Shown: positions 60,521 to 64,000 of the stretch, piece by piece
Position numbering within the stretch: position 1 is the stretch's first letter
How the letters are laid out: every line of letters begins with the position of its first letter
Assembly: GCA_036172245.1 (NCBI GenBank)
Contig: JAYWIR010000011.1
Span: 3,782,001 to 3,846,000 of the forward strand
Origin: Raillietiella orientalis
Taxonomy: Eukaryota
DNA: 64,000 bases
Reading direction: 5' to 3'
Position numbers and translations under genes: made by a program
The notes under the pieces: generated by a model
The model's input: the letters and a program-made list of their open reading frames with translations, nothing else
The model's database searches: none
Told to the model about the DNA's origin: nothing

Positions 60521-62994
60521 GCACGAAAGAACGTCTGACTAGAGCAGACATCAGCTGATGAGGGCTGCGGTCATACCGAAGCGGACTGGAACGAAAATGA
60601 ATCCTCGAAGTTTCCGGCCGAGCCCCTTAGGAGAGGCGATGTGGAAGGGATCGTGGTCAAAGGCAGACTGGAAGCAGAGCGGCACTTCCCAAGAAAAGGG
60701 AATCGAATTGCTTCCCTCCCCGTCCTTCCACAGTCTTCAGAAAGCTACCAGTTGTTTCGAATTAGGATGCAGTTCATCGCCAATGCTGGTTTCTGGGAGA
60801 AGACAAGCACTCAATAAAGTGGCCCCACGATTCGGGCAGAGGGAAGGGGGGTTCCACTTTAGGAGATGGAATTAGCAAATTCCGAAGTTGCAAGAGAGAT
60901 AGTTCTTCGCCCCTATCCTCCCTCTCGGAAAATGCAGCCACTCAGGTACTCCCTTGACTGCGATACCAGTGTTCTAACGTAGGAGTCTGTAATTCAGCCC
61001 TGTTGTACAACTTCTCAGAGTTGTTATGCAGAATGCCATTATGTTCTTGGTTGATTCTATCTTCACATTTCCACCCCATAAGCCTTGGATCGGACATCAG
61101 TCTTCATGGTTTTTTCCATGAAGTTTCCATGGAGTCAATTCTCAGAGGAAGAGGACAAGCCAACAAAGATGAAGCGGAAGTCAAAACCAAGATGAAGGCT
61201 CGAGTTCTTTTCCATCTCAGCATAGGAAGAGAATTCCCTTGACTCCAGAAGCTGTAGGTGTCTCTTCGGACGATTTGTATGGAAACCATCTCCTTGACCG
61301 ATACCTCCAGATTCTGTCCTCAGTCGCACATTTCTCGCCGCCCTTACTGGTTGGTGGTCACGTGCCGTTCAAGGATACGTTTTTTCCAGCCATGGGAAAC
61401 AGACTCTCTGGTGCGCCGAAACACTTCCAATGTCCTCTTGTGAAAAAAGGAAACGTCCTTTCACCTCAAAACCATAAATGTCCTCGCCTTGAACAAACAA
61501 CCCATCCGACAAAGGTTAATTGAACAGCCGGATTCTTTAGGTTCAGCGACTTAAAACAGGAACGTTTCCAGCTAGAGGCGCTGAGTTTCTCTACAGATCC
61601 AGGTGTCGGATGACCCGCTTTTGAGTCGGTCGCACCGGATTTCGGGATTGCATTGCCGGGCTCCATGATGATGCTCTCACGCTGACGTCCCACTGCAAGG
61701 ACGGACTAGGGTGGGTCGGTTTTGAGTAGCCCCCGGATTCACAAGGCCGTACCTGAGTACTCAGTCCATGGTGAGCAGAAGTGAATCGAGTTTCTTGAAA
61801 CCTCTCGAAGAAATTGGGGGAGGTCGGACTTCCAGATTGGCGACTTCGTCCTCCCTTAGAACCTGCAGCTCTCAGAGTGCCGGGAATCCCGACAGTGATG
61901 CAGTGGACCTCTCAAGATAGAAAGTATGGCATCATGAGTGCGCGGGAAGATTTCTGAGGAATGGTGCGCACCCGTGAATCCGTGAAAACCCTCAGCCCCC
62001 ACGACCCCGCAGTGCTGCGCAGAGGCTGCAGCATTGCCAATACGAGGAGCTCCATGACCATGGCTTTCTCAGGAAATGCTCGGAAGAACGTTCACTTTCT
62101 GGGATTTTACAGTTGCCCTGCTCTCTGGTTCTTCCGCTACTAGAGGACAATGACAGCCTCGAAAATGCGCAAAGACTGTGACTTCCCTCAAGCGAGACGT
62201 TCCCAATTGCCATAGCTTGCATTGGAAATGCAAACTAGTGATACAGGCTAACAACGTAGAACGCGTGGTACCCTCATGGTAATAATGGATAGGCAGCGTA
62301 GTGCTCGCTTGCTTCCCTGTTCAGCACATACCTCGGAAGTCATGTTCATCGTCACGAGGCCGGTGCATCCCATGTCCTATTTCTTTATCCACTTATGAGT
62401 CCACTCTTCTAGCCCTCTGCTCCCTCCCTAGGCAGGTCCCCAGAGACAGGACCCTTTCGTTTTGAGCACGAAGATGTCTGACCCTTTCTTATTACATTCA
62501 TATTTTATTCATTTATTTTGAAAATGGCCTGGATTCCTGAATGGCTGTACTTTTCATTCGGCGTGCTTGAATGAAAAGTACCGTGAGCTCTTCTGCACCA
62601 GGCTGAAAAGGCCGCTAGTTCGAAATGTACCTGAGGTTCGCCTCTTCCCCGGTACATGAGGAGATCGTTAACGCAACCCGACGAAGCATCCTGATCGATT
62701 GACGAACCTCGGTACTTTCCTTCGAGCTGTCAGATGGCGAGATCACCCAGGCTCTGTGTGAAGCTGAAGACGAAGCTATCTCTTCTTCACGGAGCAGCCG
62801 TTCCATGTATGGGAGGGTGGCGAGTGGGAACCCTCGTTGCTGTTCTTAGCTTATGAGTGCATTTGTTGGTCAGCTGCTCAAAGAACTGTTCGCCTCCTTC
62901 AGGGGTTCACGGAACTCCCCGGAACTGTCCACGCCACCTAGGGACGCGTGTGACTCCTCCAGTCAGGGGTTGGCCCGGGTAGGGACCAACTTAT

Positions 62995-64000
62995 GCGTTG
63001 CGGGTTCCAATCCCACCGAAGGGAAAAATCCCTGCTGAGAATGGGGGTGCGTCTTGGGTTTTGAGTCACTTCCTCAGGATGGCACTGGTTGATCTGCAGA
63101 CTTCGAGTGAGGCACTGGTGGAAGCAGCCGGAAACCGGATGCTCCCGTCGACTGGCCGGGATCAGAGGCAGACCTTCCAGGGTCCTCCCACGAATCGAGA
63201 AATTCTTCCCCCGAAGGCAGTTCCCCTTCGGTTGTGCAAACGGAGCCGTCCACCCCCCTCAATCCAGGAAGGATTCGGAGTTCGTTCCTCTCACTCCTGG
63301 GAAGGGATCCCTCGAAATGGAGATCACCTCCACCCTGGTGGTCAAAAGAGGGATCCTGAAGGGAATCTCCTTCCTTATTCTCTCTGGAGGATCCCCGGGG
63401 GGTCTGCTCCATTCTTTCTTCTCTGAGAGGAACCCGGAAAGGATCCGATCCTGGAATTTCTTCTCCAAAGGGATCTCTCGAAAGGGATTCGCTCCTGTTT
63501 ATTTCTCTGAAGAGAACCCAGAAGGGACGCTTCCAAAATTCAGAAGAACGCAGCTTCCCCGAAGGGCTCGGCTCGCTTCTCTGCACTCTCTGGAGAGGTG
63601 GTGGAGACACACCTACTCCATCAATATGACACGGAGGGTCGACTGGTTGATACTTTCCTTGGGGAATTGCCTCTCCAGTGTCAGGAAGGGACTGCCGCTT
63701 CCTCCAGGGAGCTTCCGTCGGAGATATTGGGATGCTTTCCTTCGGGGATCTCTTCAGAGAAGAGGAACAAGGAACGGTTGCCTTGCGGGTGCCCTCCGTA
63801 GAAGAAATCCAGAAACGCATCTTTTCCGGGTTCCTTTCAGAGAAGAAACAGGGTGTGGCCTCTTATGGAGAGTCCCTCCGGAGAGAACAAGGAAGAATAT
63901 CCCTCCAGGGTTCCCTACCAAGCGGAACGGACTCCTTCCTCCGGAGCCCTTCCTGTTTGCTGCTTGAGAAGACCACCGTTTTCCCAGTACTCTTCGCCCA
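62995..64000. repeat. Unclassified dispersed repeat family X, longest copy (runs off the window)
   Basis: Contains the segments shared with 540-1200 and 50270-50600; the minus strand reads as low-complexity S/P/E/G-rich peptide. Confidence 0.8.

Noticed and set aside
62301..62330. U6 snRNA 5' fragment (gtgctcgctt...cagcacata)
   Set aside because: It needs an 11-nt replacement of CGG and stops at once; the same 10-mer occurs by chance near 40145.
63089..63967. 292-aa plus-strand ORF as a gene
   Set aside because: No recognisable domain, and it lies within a decayed dispersed repeat.
1..64000. CRISPR arrays, operons, rRNA, prokaryotic defence systems, LTR retrotransposons
   Set aside because: I recognised no regularly spaced repeats, dense intact ORFs, rRNA signatures or integrase/protease/LTR pairs; the content is eukaryotic and decayed.

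Overview
Eukaryotic, gene-poor repeat graveyard, probably arthropod (TTAGG telomeric repeat, GT-skewed ND4 NUMT using ATA=Met, invertebrate-type U2 GATCAAAGTG). I see no intact protein-coding gene; almost all ORFs in the supplied track are shadows or fragments. The window is dominated by decayed L1/Tx1-like LINEs, including a four-element nest at 23.3-28.9 kb that can be unpicked with target-site duplications (TSDs), and one degraded RLE-type (NeSL/Utopia-like) non-LTR element. It also holds captured or duplicated fragments: a decayed bunyavirus-like RdRp (endogenous viral element, EVE), weaker candidates for viral nucleoprotein EVEs, a mitochondrial ND4 piece and a 25-bp telomeric tract each inserted cleanly into LINE coding sequence, a U2 snRNA 5' fragment, and G-alpha(i/o) and histone H3 pseudogenes. 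The LINE family carries a conserved, covarying 3'-UTR hairpin and an AATAAA-linked terminal stem-loop. All family calls come from motifs recognised by eye, not from database searches. Boundaries of decayed elements are approximate unless a TSD is cited.
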